From the IMG/VR virus record IMGVR_UViG_3300045988_115755: a DNA stretch of 64,000 nucleotides, one strand, 5' to 3'. Source of the DNA: a virus. Each line of letters begins with the position of its first letter. Positions within the stretch are counted from its first letter, which is position 1. Made by a program: the position numbers and the translations under genes. Shown here in pieces: positions 36,504-45,783 of the stretch. The notes under the pieces are model-generated. The model made no database searches, was not told where the DNA came from, and was given only the letters and a program-made list of their open reading frames with translations.

Positions 36504-36924
36504 ATACAGATACGCACTTAGAGATGTTTCGCTATTTGCACTTACTGACGATACAACCGATGAAGAAAAAATAATATTTACAATTCAAGGGAGCAAGGCT
36601 GATATGAATTACAATCTAACATTTCCTGTCGTAGTTCTAAAAGATGAGAATGACTCAGTTCCATATATGGCATATATCCCATATTTTGACGTAATGACGC
36701 AGGGATATGATCAAGAGGAATTGCAAATGATGGTCAAAGATTTGTTAAATCTCTGCTTAGAAGATAAGGAATCTTACACAATTCCTGCATGGGCATATAG
36801 TTATTTCAATGAAGACGATGTCAAGGAACGAGGCAGAAAATATTTCACAGAACTTGATGATGGAGACGATACATATTTTCAGAAGAATTTTTACACAGTA
36901 TGGTGGTTCGATTTTAGGAGATAG
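36409..36924 (+). CDS. hypothetical protein (start uncertain, overlaps previous ORF in +1 frame)
   Basis: 171-aa ORF. Confidence 0.35.
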   Translation: MMKHLDGHGLMFVIVYHTKRKNIRRKRVNDIRYRYALRDVSLFALTDDTTDEEKIIFTIQGSKADMNYNLTFPVVVLKDENDSVPYMAYIPYFDVMTQGYDQEELQMMVKDLLNLCLEDKESYTIPAWAYSYFNEDDVKERGRKYFTELDDGDDTYFQKNFYTVWWFDFRR

Positions 36925-36947
36925 TAGTAGAAAAGGAGAAAGATAAA

Positions 36948-37130
36948 ATGGACGTTTTGTTTTACATAATTTGGGTATTGGCGTTTATGGTAATCGTAGC
37001 AATTGGAATTGGAGTACCATATATGACCTATTATAATTACAAAAGAATTAAGGCAATGGATAAGAAACTTACGGGTATGTGCACAGGTCTTGGCATTATG
37101 TTAAGACCAGAAGAGGGTGATGAAAAATGA
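36948..37130 (+). CDS. small membrane protein
   Basis: one TM helix; RBS AAAAGGAGAAAG. Confidence 0.4.
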   Translation: MDVLFYIIWVLAFMVIVAIGIGVPYMTYYNYKRIKAMDKKLTGMCTGLGIMLRPEEGDEK

Positions 37131-37435
37131 AAGATATGAGAAATAATCCCATTGAAAATGGAAATCTGTGTTTTAGATCAAGAATGGTAAATGGAGAAAC
37201 ATTGATGGGGTATGCATTAGTTATCTCAAACAAGTTGTTTTGGATAGACGGATGGAATAACTATATTTCTAGTTACGACAAACTTAATTCTAAGCAATTA
37301 ATTGTTATCGAACACCTAAATGATGACGAAAAGAAAATGAGAAAAGAGTGGTTAGAGTTTATGGCAACAACAAAATCAAAAAAGGTTAAAGATGAAGATA
37401 AAGAAATTGTGAAAGACTTATTGAGTAAAAAATGA
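37127..37435 (+). CDS. hypothetical protein
   Basis: 102-aa ORF. Confidence 0.45.
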   Translation: MKDMRNNPIENGNLCFRSRMVNGETLMGYALVISNKLFWIDGWNNYISSYDKLNSKQLIVIEHLNDDEKKMRKEWLEFMATTKSKKVKDEDKEIVKDLLSKK

Positions 37436-37450
37436 GGTGCAAGGTATTAA

Positions 37451-37630
37451 ATGAGAAGATTAATTTGGTATATAAGATCTTGTTTTTGTAAGCATGATTG
37501 GGAGTTAATATTTGATACCCGCTACGAAGAAGAATCTTATGGTAAATGGTACGACATTATTACAACTAAAGGTAGGCAAAAGGTTTATCGTTGTAAAAAA
37601 TGTGGTTGCGAAAAAAGATATAGAACGTAA
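37451..37630 (+). CDS. zinc-ribbon protein (59 aa; below ORF-track cutoff)
   Basis: CFCKHDW...CKKCGC. Confidence 0.35.
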   Translation: MRRLIWYIRSCFCKHDWELIFDTRYEEESYGKWYDIITTKGRQKVYRCKKCGCEKRYRT

Positions 37631-37663
37631 AATCTGAGTTTTATGTAAAGTGAGGTGATTAAC

Positions 37664-37975
37664 ATGGAAGCCAATATTGAGTTTGCCATTGGCTATGCCA
37701 TTGGGTTTTGTATCGTTGGGGCGATCGTATTTCTAAGACATGAAAGAAAGATGGATCGCCTGAGGCAGACAAATGTAAATCTGATCTTAGATAAGATGTC
37801 GTTTATGGCTGATGCTAACAACAAAGAAAATGATACATATAATAAGGAAGAAACTCGTTCAGATGTTAAGGACGCAGTTAAGTATGCAATGAAGAAAAGT
37901 CATCCAGATAATGGTGGCAGTGCAGATGATTTTAGAAAATTTAGAGAGCTTTATGAAGAAATGGAAGGTAAGTAA
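37664..37975 (+). CDS. membrane-anchored J-domain-like protein
   Basis: N-terminal TM helix; C-terminal KKSHPDNGGSADDFRKFRELYEEM resembles DnaJ HPD motif/helix II-III. Confidence 0.45.
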   Translation: MEANIEFAIGYAIGFCIVGAIVFLRHERKMDRLRQTNVNLILDKMSFMADANNKENDTYNKEETRSDVKDAVKYAMKKSHPDNGGSADDFRKFRELYEEMEGK

Positions 37976-38257
37976 ATGCTAAAGGTCGGAGATAGAGTTT
38001 ATATTTATAGAATGAAGCCAGCGGCTAAAGGAGGTTTGGTTAGAAATAACGACAAAGGTACAATTACTCGCATCGGAACAGATGAGATTGGTCGCAGATA
38101 TGGGTATAGATATATGACCGTTAAATTTGACAAACCAGTAAATACCTCTAATCGTGATATTTACTCTTTAGAATTTTTTGAAAACAAGGATGATCGTAAG
38201 ATAGGTAGAATACGAGATATTGGATTCTTACTATATGGTAGAAAATATGAGGAATAA
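37976..38257 (+). CDS. hypothetical protein
   Basis: 93-aa ORF. Confidence 0.45.
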   Translation: MLKVGDRVYIYRMKPAAKGGLVRNNDKGTITRIGTDEIGRRYGYRYMTVKFDKPVNTSNRDIYSLEFFENKDDRKIGRIRDIGFLLYGRKYEE

Positions 38258-38262
38258 GACTC

Positions 38263-38448
38263 ATGAGTAAACAAGAATCATTGAAGTTTTTGCAAGGTTT
38301 GATTGACGAAGTAGAAAATTGGACAAAAGAAGATATTGAGCGAGGTCGGAAGTTGATGGAGAAAATATATAAAAAAGAACCAAAAGAAGTTGAAAATAGT
38401 GATGGGTATTGGGAATTTATAATGCCAGATGGTAAGGAAGTGAAGTAG
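38263..38448 (+). CDS. hypothetical protein
   Basis: 61-aa ORF. Confidence 0.4.
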   Translation: MSKQESLKFLQGLIDEVENWTKEDIERGRKLMEKIYKKEPKEVENSDGYWEFIMPDGKEVK

Positions 38449-38608
38449 ATATGGCTAAGAAACAAAATAAAACATACTTATAAAAAATTGTATTTTAATA
38501 CATGGCGTGTTCTAGAGAATTTATCTCGCTTATTTGTTTGATAAGTACGCTAAAAGTGAGGCATAAATGTATTCACTAAAATCTATGTTAATTGAATATT
38601 TGAGGTAC

Positions 38609-38694
38609 AAGACCTATCAAATTTAACATAGGTACGGAACGTGGATCATTAAATAACGAAGAAACGTGGAGCTTAAGACCTATCAAATTTAACA
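38609..38694. repeat. two exact 20-nt direct repeats AAGACCTATCAAATTTAACA (38609-38628, 38675-38694) in a 270-nt gene-free region
   Basis: read directly. Confidence 0.6.
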
Positions 38695-38719
38695 AAAACT
38701 AAAGGAAATTAAACAAAAA

Positions 38720-38887
38720 ATGAAAACAAGGCAACAGCGTAAACAGGAAATAAAACGATTCTTTGATCGTCTGAGTCCTGACGAATTGGACAAGCTATTA
38801 GAAAGAAATGGAATTAATGATAAAGAGTCTGATGAGGCTCTTGCATATAGAATTATAAAAGAAGAAATTGAGAAAGGAGAGATGTAA
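38720..38887 (+). CDS. hypothetical small protein (55 aa)
   Basis: ORF MKTRQQRKQEIKRFFDRLSPDELDKLLERNG...; weak RBS. Confidence 0.3.
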   Translation: MKTRQQRKQEIKRFFDRLSPDELDKLLERNGINDKESDEALAYRIIKEEIEKGEM

Positions 38888-38889
38888 CG

Positions 38890-39210
38890 ATGAATAAAAT
38901 GTTACAGATTGCGATAATTGATACAAGTACAATGTTGGGTATACCCGCATATACAGTAGATTGGTCGGTTTTATCAGAAGCCGAATGTCGCAACATTCTT
39001 AAAGCAATGAATTTTCATCAACCAACAGAGGAGGAAGTGAGTGATGCAATTAATATTCTCCTTGCACACCTCTATTACAAAAGACAATCAGGTACATATG
39101 TTGATGTAGATGTAATGAACGATAAAGCAAGTCAGAAAGAAATGACAATTTCAGAAATTGAAAAAGAACTTGGTCATAAAGTAAAAATATTGAAGGAGAA
39201 AGAAGAATGA
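38890..39210 (+). CDS. hypothetical protein
   Basis: 106-aa ORF. Confidence 0.45.
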   Translation: MNKMLQIAIIDTSTMLGIPAYTVDWSVLSEAECRNILKAMNFHQPTEEEVSDAINILLAHLYYKRQSGTYVDVDVMNDKASQKEMTISEIEKELGHKVKILKEKEE

Positions 39211-39620
39211 AAGTGTTTTTAGGTGGAACATGTTCTGGCTGGAAATGGAGAGACCAGTTACAAAAGATATTAGATTGTGATTATTATAATCCGATCGTAA
39301 AAAATTGGAGTGAAGAAGACCGACTGCGAGAAGTTAAGGAAAGAGAAGAGTCCGATTATGTTCTGTATGGTATTATGAATGGTATTAAAGGGGTATACAG
39401 TATTGCAGAAGTAGTTGATGATTCTCATAAGCGACCAGATAAAGTGATCTTTCTTAATCTCTATCAGGAACAAAAGAATAAAGAATCTAAGCAGATGAGT
39501 CACAGTTTAAAAGCAGTCGAAAATTTATTGAAAGAAAATCGTATTAAAGTATATTCTGGCGTACATGCTATGCAGGATGTTGCAGATTTTCTTAACTTAA
39601 TGAATAAACGAAAGGGGTAA
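39207..39620 (+). CDS. nucleoside 2-deoxyribosyltransferase (Rcl/NDT)-like protein, copy 1
   Basis: MKVFLGGTCSGWKW N-terminus; weaker match than 43531 paralog. Confidence 0.4.
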   Translation: MKVFLGGTCSGWKWRDQLQKILDCDYYNPIVKNWSEEDRLREVKEREESDYVLYGIMNGIKGVYSIAEVVDDSHKRPDKVIFLNLYQEQKNKESKQMSHSLKAVENLLKENRIKVYSGVHAMQDVADFLNLMNKRKG

Positions 39621-39626
39621 AGAAGA

Positions 39627-40580
39627 ATGAAATGTTTTTATCATGTTGATCAAGACGGCATCGTATCTGGTTTCTATGTCAGAAAAGCTTGCGAACAGCG
39701 AGGTTTAGCATTTGAACCAGAGGACTTCCGAAAAATTAATTACGGCATGAAATTCCCGTTTCATGACATTGAACAGGACGAATTCGTATTTATTGTAGAC
39801 TACAGTATTGAACCAGAAGAAATGTGGCAGTTGCTCAGTATTACAAAGAATGTATTTTGGATCGACCATCATCAGTCTACGATTGAAGCATATAAAGATT
39901 TCATGTGTGATGTGAAAGGAATTCGAATCACTGGAGCAGGTATTTCAGGAGCGAATCTAACATGGTTGTACTTTAAAGAAATGTGTGACAAAGATTGGGA
40001 GCAAATTGAGAGGACGGATGAGAAAAATGTAAAAAGATTACTCAATATATATAAATATAAAGAAGATTATCCAAAACTGGCAGAATATACAGCCATGTGG
40101 GATACATTTTATTTTGGTGCAACGTCAGAACAATTCATAAAAGCATTTCACTATGCATTTGAATCGTACGATTTTGATGCGTTAAGTCCATTGTTAAACA
40201 TGTTAAATGGAGATCAAGGAATTTATGAAACAGTAAAAATTATTGGTGATATGATAACAGATGGCTTATCAATTATTGAGTATTTAGAAGCAAATGCAGA
40301 ACAATATCTTAGAGCATACGGTTTTGAAACCACCTTTGAAGGGCATAAAGTCTATGCAATCAATCGAGCATTAATCAATTCTGATTTCTTCGAATCTATT
40401 GACGCTTCTAAATACGATATGTTCATCGGTTTTTCATTCAATGGAAGTATGTGGGAATACCAGCTACGATCCGCAGAACAGGATAAAGTAAATGTGTATG
40501 AGCTTGCTGTGAAATATGGTGGTGGCGGTCATCCAAATGCAGCTGGGTTCAGAAGTGATAAATATGTGTTAGGAGTGTGA
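39627..40580 (+). CDS. DHH/DHHA1 phosphoesterase, NrnA-like (nanoRNase / pAp phosphatase family)
   Basis: YHVDQDGIVSG (DHH motifs I-II), WIDHHQS (motif III DHH), C-terminal GGGGHPNAAGF (DHHA1 GGGH). Confidence 0.7.
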   Translation: MKCFYHVDQDGIVSGFYVRKACEQRGLAFEPEDFRKINYGMKFPFHDIEQDEFVFIVDYSIEPEEMWQLLSITKNVFWIDHHQSTIEAYKDFMCDVKGIRITGAGISGANLTWLYFKEMCDKDWEQIERTDEKNVKRLLNIYKYKEDYPKLAEYTAMWDTFYFGATSEQFIKAFHYAFESYDFDALSPLLNMLNGDQGIYETVKIIGDMITDGLSIIEYLEANAEQYLRAYGFETTFEGHKVYAINRALINSDFFESIDASKYDMFIGFSFNGSMWEYQLRSAEQDKVNVYELAVKYGGGGHPNAAGFRSDKYVLGV

Positions 40581-40583
40581 TGT

Positions 40584-41369
40584 ATGTCAAGGAAAAATAC
40601 AAGAGAAATTGAACTTGCTTTTAGTAAACACAGAGATCCAGATTGGGAAGCCGATGTTGAAATTTATGGTAAAAGAGTTTTAAAAACAGTTCGTGGTATT
40701 TGTCTTGGAGATGAATGGACGGAAATTGATTCATTGAAAAATAAAGATTGGATTGAGTTGTCAGATATGTTTGGTAATTTTGACAATCATAATCCCTATT
40801 TCAATCATAACCCACAATATGTTTTATTGGATAAATTCTCTATAACATCTCCTGCGATATTGTGTAGCAATGAAATAGTTATGAAAAATGGCAAAGTTTT
40901 GAGTGTTGATAATATATCAGCAAATCTATCAGGCGAAAATGAGGTATACAAGATTTATTCAAATACGAAATATGATGATTATACATATTATGATGAATCA
41001 AAAAATTTAGTATTTGAATTAGCATCAAAAGATGTTGATAAGATAATCCGATTTATGAGAGATTTTATGGATGTATTGCGTGACAGTAAGTTAACAAAGT
41101 ATAGAAATAGTAGTTTTTTATGGAGACTATTTAACACTCTTGATATGCCATATTTTAAACAAACATATTCCATGAATGATTTGAAAAAATATACAAACAC
41201 ATTTAGATCCGAGGTTTGTGGTCAACTAAAAGAAACTATTCCTAATTTTAAATATACTGGAGTTCCAATGGGCGGGTATATTGAAAGATATTTTGAATTA
41301 AGCTATGTAGAGGAAGTACAAAAATTCATTAAAGAACAGGAGGATAAAAAATGTGAAGAAATTAAATGA
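40584..41369 (+). CDS. hypothetical protein
   Basis: 261-aa ORF. Confidence 0.5.
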   Translation: MSRKNTREIELAFSKHRDPDWEADVEIYGKRVLKTVRGICLGDEWTEIDSLKNKDWIELSDMFGNFDNHNPYFNHNPQYVLLDKFSITSPAILCSNEIVMKNGKVLSVDNISANLSGENEVYKIYSNTKYDDYTYYDESKNLVFELASKDVDKIIRFMRDFMDVLRDSKLTKYRNSSFLWRLFNTLDMPYFKQTYSMNDLKKYTNTFRSEVCGQLKETIPNFKYTGVPMGGYIERYFELSYVEEVQKFIKEQEDKKCEEIK

Positions 41370-41886
41370 TGAACAGCGAAAGCTGATTGAAGATAATTAT
41401 TCTTTAATTTGGCATTTACATGAAAAATATTTTACAAAGTTTACAGATTTTGATACATATATGGATCTTGGTCGTATGGCAATTTGTAAAGCAGCATTAA
41501 AATGGGACGAGTCTAAAGGAACTTTTGGTACATATCTCTTTTGGGTATTACGTTCAGAAGTGAATCAATATTATACAAAATGGCACAGACCAACAGAAAA
41601 AATGAATAGGAATGCTGAATCGTTAGATACGCCATTGGCAGGATATGAACCAGAAGATGATATTACAATCGGAACAACACTGATGAGTGGGGATAACGTA
41701 GAAGATGAGGTACTTACAAAGGTACATTTTCAAAATGAGTTTGATAAATTGGCACCGAGAAATAAAAAGATTATTGTTTTAAAACAGAAAGGTTTAACAC
41801 AAAGACAAATTGCAAATCAACTTGGAATCACTCATCAGTGGGTTAGTCAAAATATTGTACAGTTTAAGAAAGCATTATGTGGTTAA
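41353..41886 (+). CDS. phage sigma factor (sigma-70 family, regions 2 and 4), copy 1
   Basis: NDEQRKLIEDNYSLIWHL...FGTYLFWVLRSEV (region 2) and LTQRQIANQLGITHQWVSQ (region 4 HTH). Confidence 0.65.
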   Translation: MKKLNDEQRKLIEDNYSLIWHLHEKYFTKFTDFDTYMDLGRMAICKAALKWDESKGTFGTYLFWVLRSEVNQYYTKWHRPTEKMNRNAESLDTPLAGYEPEDDITIGTTLMSGDNVEDEVLTKVHFQNEFDKLAPRNKKIIVLKQKGLTQRQIANQLGITHQWVSQNIVQFKKALCG

Positions 41887-41899
41887 GAGAGGTGAGACC

Positions 41900-42733
41900 A
41901 TGACAATTGAAGAAGTAAAGGATTACATAAACTCGTCTACAGAGTATGACTTTTTGCGAGATTATCCGCACAAAATCGCTTTTCTCACGTTAGGTGGAAG
42001 TTATGCCTACGGAACAAATACAGAGGATTCGGACATTGATTTACGTGGTGTTTTCCTTAGTGATAAAAGAGAGATTTTGTTGAATAATAATCAGAACAAT
42101 CTTGAGAAGACCGATGATCATAAAGACATTGATACCGTGTTACATTCTCATATTAAGATGATTAATATGCTTGCCAAGGGCAATCCTACATTTTTAGAGT
42201 TGCTATATTTTGCACCAGACCGCTATTTGTATGTATCCGATATTGGTATGGAGTTGATCAAAAATAGAGATATGTTCTTATCTAAGAGAGTTTATCATGC
42301 ATATAAAGGATATATTTGTGATTGCCTGACTCGAACGAGTTTTAAGTATTATAAAAATAAAGATTCAGAGAAAGAAAGGCAAAAGGCAGAACGATACGCT
42401 AATAAATCAATGATGCATGCAGTTCGATTATTGTTACAGGGCATTGAATTATTACATAACGGAACAATGTTAGGATCTATGGACGACATAGGAAAAGATC
42501 TTGTAAAGATCAAAGAAGGATACAATAGTACGCATAAAACATATAGATTTGGCAAACACAATGAGCATACAGAATATTTACCAAATCAGTCATACGATGT
42601 TTTTATTGAAGGATTACTTTATCAATTTGATTATGATTATATGAATACTGATTTGCCAGACGAACCAGACTGGGATCGTATCAATAACTTCTTGATGACA
42701 ACAAATGAACGAATTGTGAGAGGAATGGTGTAA
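41900..42733 (+). CDS. Pol-beta superfamily nucleotidyltransferase
   Basis: GGSYAYGTNTEDSDIDLRGVF NTase motif; ATG 41900 after AGAGGTGAG. Confidence 0.55.
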   Translation: MTIEEVKDYINSSTEYDFLRDYPHKIAFLTLGGSYAYGTNTEDSDIDLRGVFLSDKREILLNNNQNNLEKTDDHKDIDTVLHSHIKMINMLAKGNPTFLELLYFAPDRYLYVSDIGMELIKNRDMFLSKRVYHAYKGYICDCLTRTSFKYYKNKDSEKERQKAERYANKSMMHAVRLLLQGIELLHNGTMLGSMDDIGKDLVKIKEGYNSTHKTYRFGKHNEHTEYLPNQSYDVFIEGLLYQFDYDYMNTDLPDEPDWDRINNFLMTTNERIVRGMV

Positions 42734-42735
42734 AA

Positions 42736-43005
42736 ATGTATGTAAAGATTGGAGACGAAATTGCTTTTCATCCTGGCGAATGCTTAGAAGAATTTGTTGA
42801 ATCTTGCAGGATAACTCCTTATCAGCTTGCGAGTAAAATCGGCATGGATGTTGATTATGTGCAAGGGCTGATTAACGGATCACAAAGTGTTACAAAAGAA
42901 TTTGCGAAAACAATGGCAGACCATTATGGGTTTGCTGATGATGGACAGTTCTGGTTAAATTTGCAAGAAACATTTGATAAGAAAGTAGGTGGCAGAGATG
43001 TTTAA
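42736..43005 (+). CDS. HigA-like XRE-family HTH protein
   Basis: HPGECLEEFV...TPYQLASKIGMDVDYVQGLINGSQSVTKEFAKTMADHYG...FWLNLQ matches HigA antidote family. Confidence 0.5.
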   Translation: MYVKIGDEIAFHPGECLEEFVESCRITPYQLASKIGMDVDYVQGLINGSQSVTKEFAKTMADHYGFADDGQFWLNLQETFDKKVGGRDV

Positions 43006-43534
43006 ATTAATAAAACGCCCACGTTCTGATAACGATAAATGTACTAAATATGATGTTGTGCTTGATAAAGAGTATACTGTAGAAGAATTTATTGATGCGA
43101 TTGCAGATGGAAGAAATGGAACGCATGGTCAGATTACAATAAAAAATGATAAACAAGCCATTGAATCACTTGTCTATAATATCGAGAGTATTGATTATAG
43201 ACATTGTAAACTTCAAAATGCTGAAGAAAAAATTAAACAAGTATGGGCATATGGTAGCTGGTTAAAAATCAATTATACTATCTTACTTGAAAACAAACAG
43301 GAAACACAAAAAGGTGCGCTCAGATTTATTGTTAAGAAGCCAAATGGAGAAGAATCAGTGGTTGTTATTTTTAAGAATAAATCCGATGGCACATATTCGT
43401 TTGTTAATTTGACAAAAGAGCATATTTGTTCGTGTAAATTTAAGACAATTGAGGAAGCGATTCAGGATATGAATGATCGACTAAGAAAAGGATTGATTGA
43501 GTCCTATGTTGTGAAAGGAGAAATGAAACAGTGA
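42989..43534 (+). CDS. hypothetical protein
   Basis: 181-aa ORF. Confidence 0.45.
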   Translation: MAEMFKLIKRPRSDNDKCTKYDVVLDKEYTVEEFIDAIADGRNGTHGQITIKNDKQAIESLVYNIESIDYRHCKLQNAEEKIKQVWAYGSWLKINYTILLENKQETQKGALRFIVKKPNGEESVVVIFKNKSDGTYSFVNLTKEHICSCKFKTIEEAIQDMNDRLRKGLIESYVVKGEMKQ

Positions 43535-44010
43535 GTAATGTATTTCAGATTTATTTAGCAGGCGGTATGCAGGATTTGTCGTTTGAAGAACAGAATGAGT
43601 GGAGAAAAGAAATTTGTAGGTGTATCAATAGTCGCTGTGAGAAATCATTAGTTGATGTAAAACCAGTTAGCATTATCAATCCAGTAGATTATTACAATTT
43701 CGAAAATGACAAACATGAGACAGAAAAAGAAGTTATGAGATTTGATACTCGTCTTGTTAAGAATAGCGATTTGATTATTGTGTATGCAAATGATCCAAAG
43801 AGTATTGGTACATCTATGGAAATTGCTATTGCTCATGAAAATAATATTCCAGTATTGATTTTAAATGATGGGAACGAAAAACTTCATTCTTGGTGGATTG
43901 AGATGTCTGATAGGGTATTTAGTGAATATATTGGTCTGTGTCAATATGTTGTAGATTTTTATTTAGAGATGAAACATTATCGTTGTGTACATAATGTGAC
44001 AATAAAATAG
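43531..44010 (+). CDS. nucleoside 2-deoxyribosyltransferase (Rcl/NDT)-like protein, copy 2
   Basis: IYLAGGM...DTRLVKNSDLIIVYANDPKSIGTSMEIAIAHENNIPVLIL matches NDT/Rcl fold consensus. Confidence 0.5.
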   Translation: MSNVFQIYLAGGMQDLSFEEQNEWRKEICRCINSRCEKSLVDVKPVSIINPVDYYNFENDKHETEKEVMRFDTRLVKNSDLIIVYANDPKSIGTSMEIAIAHENNIPVLILNDGNEKLHSWWIEMSDRVFSEYIGLCQYVVDFYLEMKHYRCVHNVTIK

Positions 44011-44206
44011 GAATTTGATGTTAAAAATAACCACAATATATAGTATGTCTATAAATATTATATACTATATATTGCTGTAGAAAAGGAGTTGAAACACTAT
44101 TACAGCAGAAAAACAAGGCAAGTTTATTATTTTCCATCTGGATGATGGTAAAACTTGCAAATATGATTTATCAAATGGTGATTGTTATGGCAAAAGTGGT
44201 AAGAAA

Positions 44207-45241
44207 GTGAAAGCTTTAAATAATATTCTGTCTGGACATTCAGCTGATGAATTGGATAAATTGTTTGTATCAAATCCACATTATGCAGAGTTTCTAAAAT
44301 ATGTAAACTGGCGAAGAAATTGTGAAATGGGAAGAACTACATGGGGCTTCATTGATTATAATTTAGGAACTTTGTTTGAATATGCAAGTAAGTATTCTAT
44401 GTGCGAGCAGTTCTTTGCTATAGGGTTTACACACAAACAAGTCACAGAAGATTTTAAATATTCAATTAATGAAGTACCAAAATGGTTGAGAAATTATTGT
44501 CTTGGTGTGAAGAATAGACGATTGTTAAGTAATGATTTTGTTGATTTTTATAAGATGTATCCAGATTATGTACAAACGATTTTACAGACAGAGTATATGA
44601 CATTAACTAAAGAATATTTAATAAATTTCTTTGAGGATAATCATAGATATCGTTTTACGAAAATTTTGGAGGCTTTAAATCAGGATTATGGCTATAATCT
44701 TGCAGATGTGTTTGTTTATATAGATAGAATAATTACATTTGAAGCTGCTACCAATAGTATAAATTGGTTACTCGGAGAATTGCGTGATTATGCCCGTATG
44801 ATGGACGCAATCAGTCATAAATTTGATAGATATCCAAGACATTTCAAAACAACAATGGATATTGTCACAAGAAATTACAAAAGATTACAAAAAGAATTTT
44901 CGGAAGAAGTCTTTAAGAAACGTATTACTAAAGAATATGAATTTACATATAAAGGATTGAGATTCTTTTACCCAGACTCTACTCAAGACATTAAAGACGA
45001 AGCGGTGCAGCAAAATAATTGTGTGGCAAGTTACATAGATCGAGTCATTGATGGCGAATGTCACATTATGTTCTTGAGAAGAATAAAAGAGCCAGACAAA
45101 TCGTTAGTGACGATTGAAATACAAAATGGACGAATCGTACAAGCACTGCAAAGATTCAATGACCCTCTAACTGCCGATCAACAAGAAGCGGTCGATGCAT
45201 GGAATGAACATTTTAGCAAGAAAGGTAAGGTGGCAGCATGA
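44207..45241 (+). CDS. hypothetical protein (GTG start; frame stays open upstream to 44093 with no ATG)
   Basis: 344-aa ORF. Confidence 0.45.
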   Translation: MKALNNILSGHSADELDKLFVSNPHYAEFLKYVNWRRNCEMGRTTWGFIDYNLGTLFEYASKYSMCEQFFAIGFTHKQVTEDFKYSINEVPKWLRNYCLGVKNRRLLSNDFVDFYKMYPDYVQTILQTEYMTLTKEYLINFFEDNHRYRFTKILEALNQDYGYNLADVFVYIDRIITFEAATNSINWLLGELRDYARMMDAISHKFDRYPRHFKTTMDIVTRNYKRLQKEFSEEVFKKRITKEYEFTYKGLRFFYPDSTQDIKDEAVQQNNCVASYIDRVIDGECHIMFLRRIKEPDKSLVTIEIQNGRIVQALQRFNDPLTADQQEAVDAWNEHFSKKGKVAA

Positions 45242-45783
45242 TTAATATTAATGAATTAACTACAGATTATAAGATTAAATTAAAGAAGCCAATGGGATGT
45301 TTCGATAATCTTGGCGAGGTATGTGAAATCGTTAAGATTGATACAGATGAAAATGTTATCAATTTTAGATTTGGTGCGAATGGAATGCATCTTGGTGTGA
45401 TGTCTGGAGATGAATTAGAAAAATACTTTGATGTTATTGAACCTGCTGTTGTGCCAGATGATTATGATTGGCATCCATATGGGTTTATTGACGGACACCA
45501 GGTTGAATATCTGGCGCTTAAGAATGGTAGTATTTTGATGGAGACTGCATACAATGGAGATGATGGAACAATTTCCGTGGAGTATTGTCATCCTGAAAAT
45601 CCTTATCGGCAAATTAAAAATGGGCAAAGAGGTAAGTTTTATGAAGATGATTTAAAGGTTGCTTTTTTCAAATTACAGAAATCATATTATGGTCAATTAT
45701 ATGAAGATATACAAGAAGAAGTCGAATTAGATTTTATGAAAAATAAAGATAAATTGGTAGCAGTTGAAGTCAATGAACGGTAA
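45238..45783 (+). CDS. hypothetical protein
   Basis: 181-aa ORF overlapping upstream stop. Confidence 0.45.
   Translation: MININELTTDYKIKLKKPMGCFDNLGEVCEIVKIDTDENVINFRFGANGMHLGVMSGDELEKYFDVIEPAVVPDDYDWHPYGFIDGHQVEYLALKNGSILMETAYNGDDGTISVEYCHPENPYRQIKNGQRGKFYEDDLKVAFFKLQKSYYGQLYEDIQEEVELDFMKNKDKLVAVEVNER

Noticed and set aside
44093-44206. 114-nt in-frame upstream extension of gene 44207 after an AAGGAG
   Set aside because: It contains no ATG, GTG or TTG in frame. ATT would be the only start. The GTG at 44207 is retained, and the start is flagged as uncertain.
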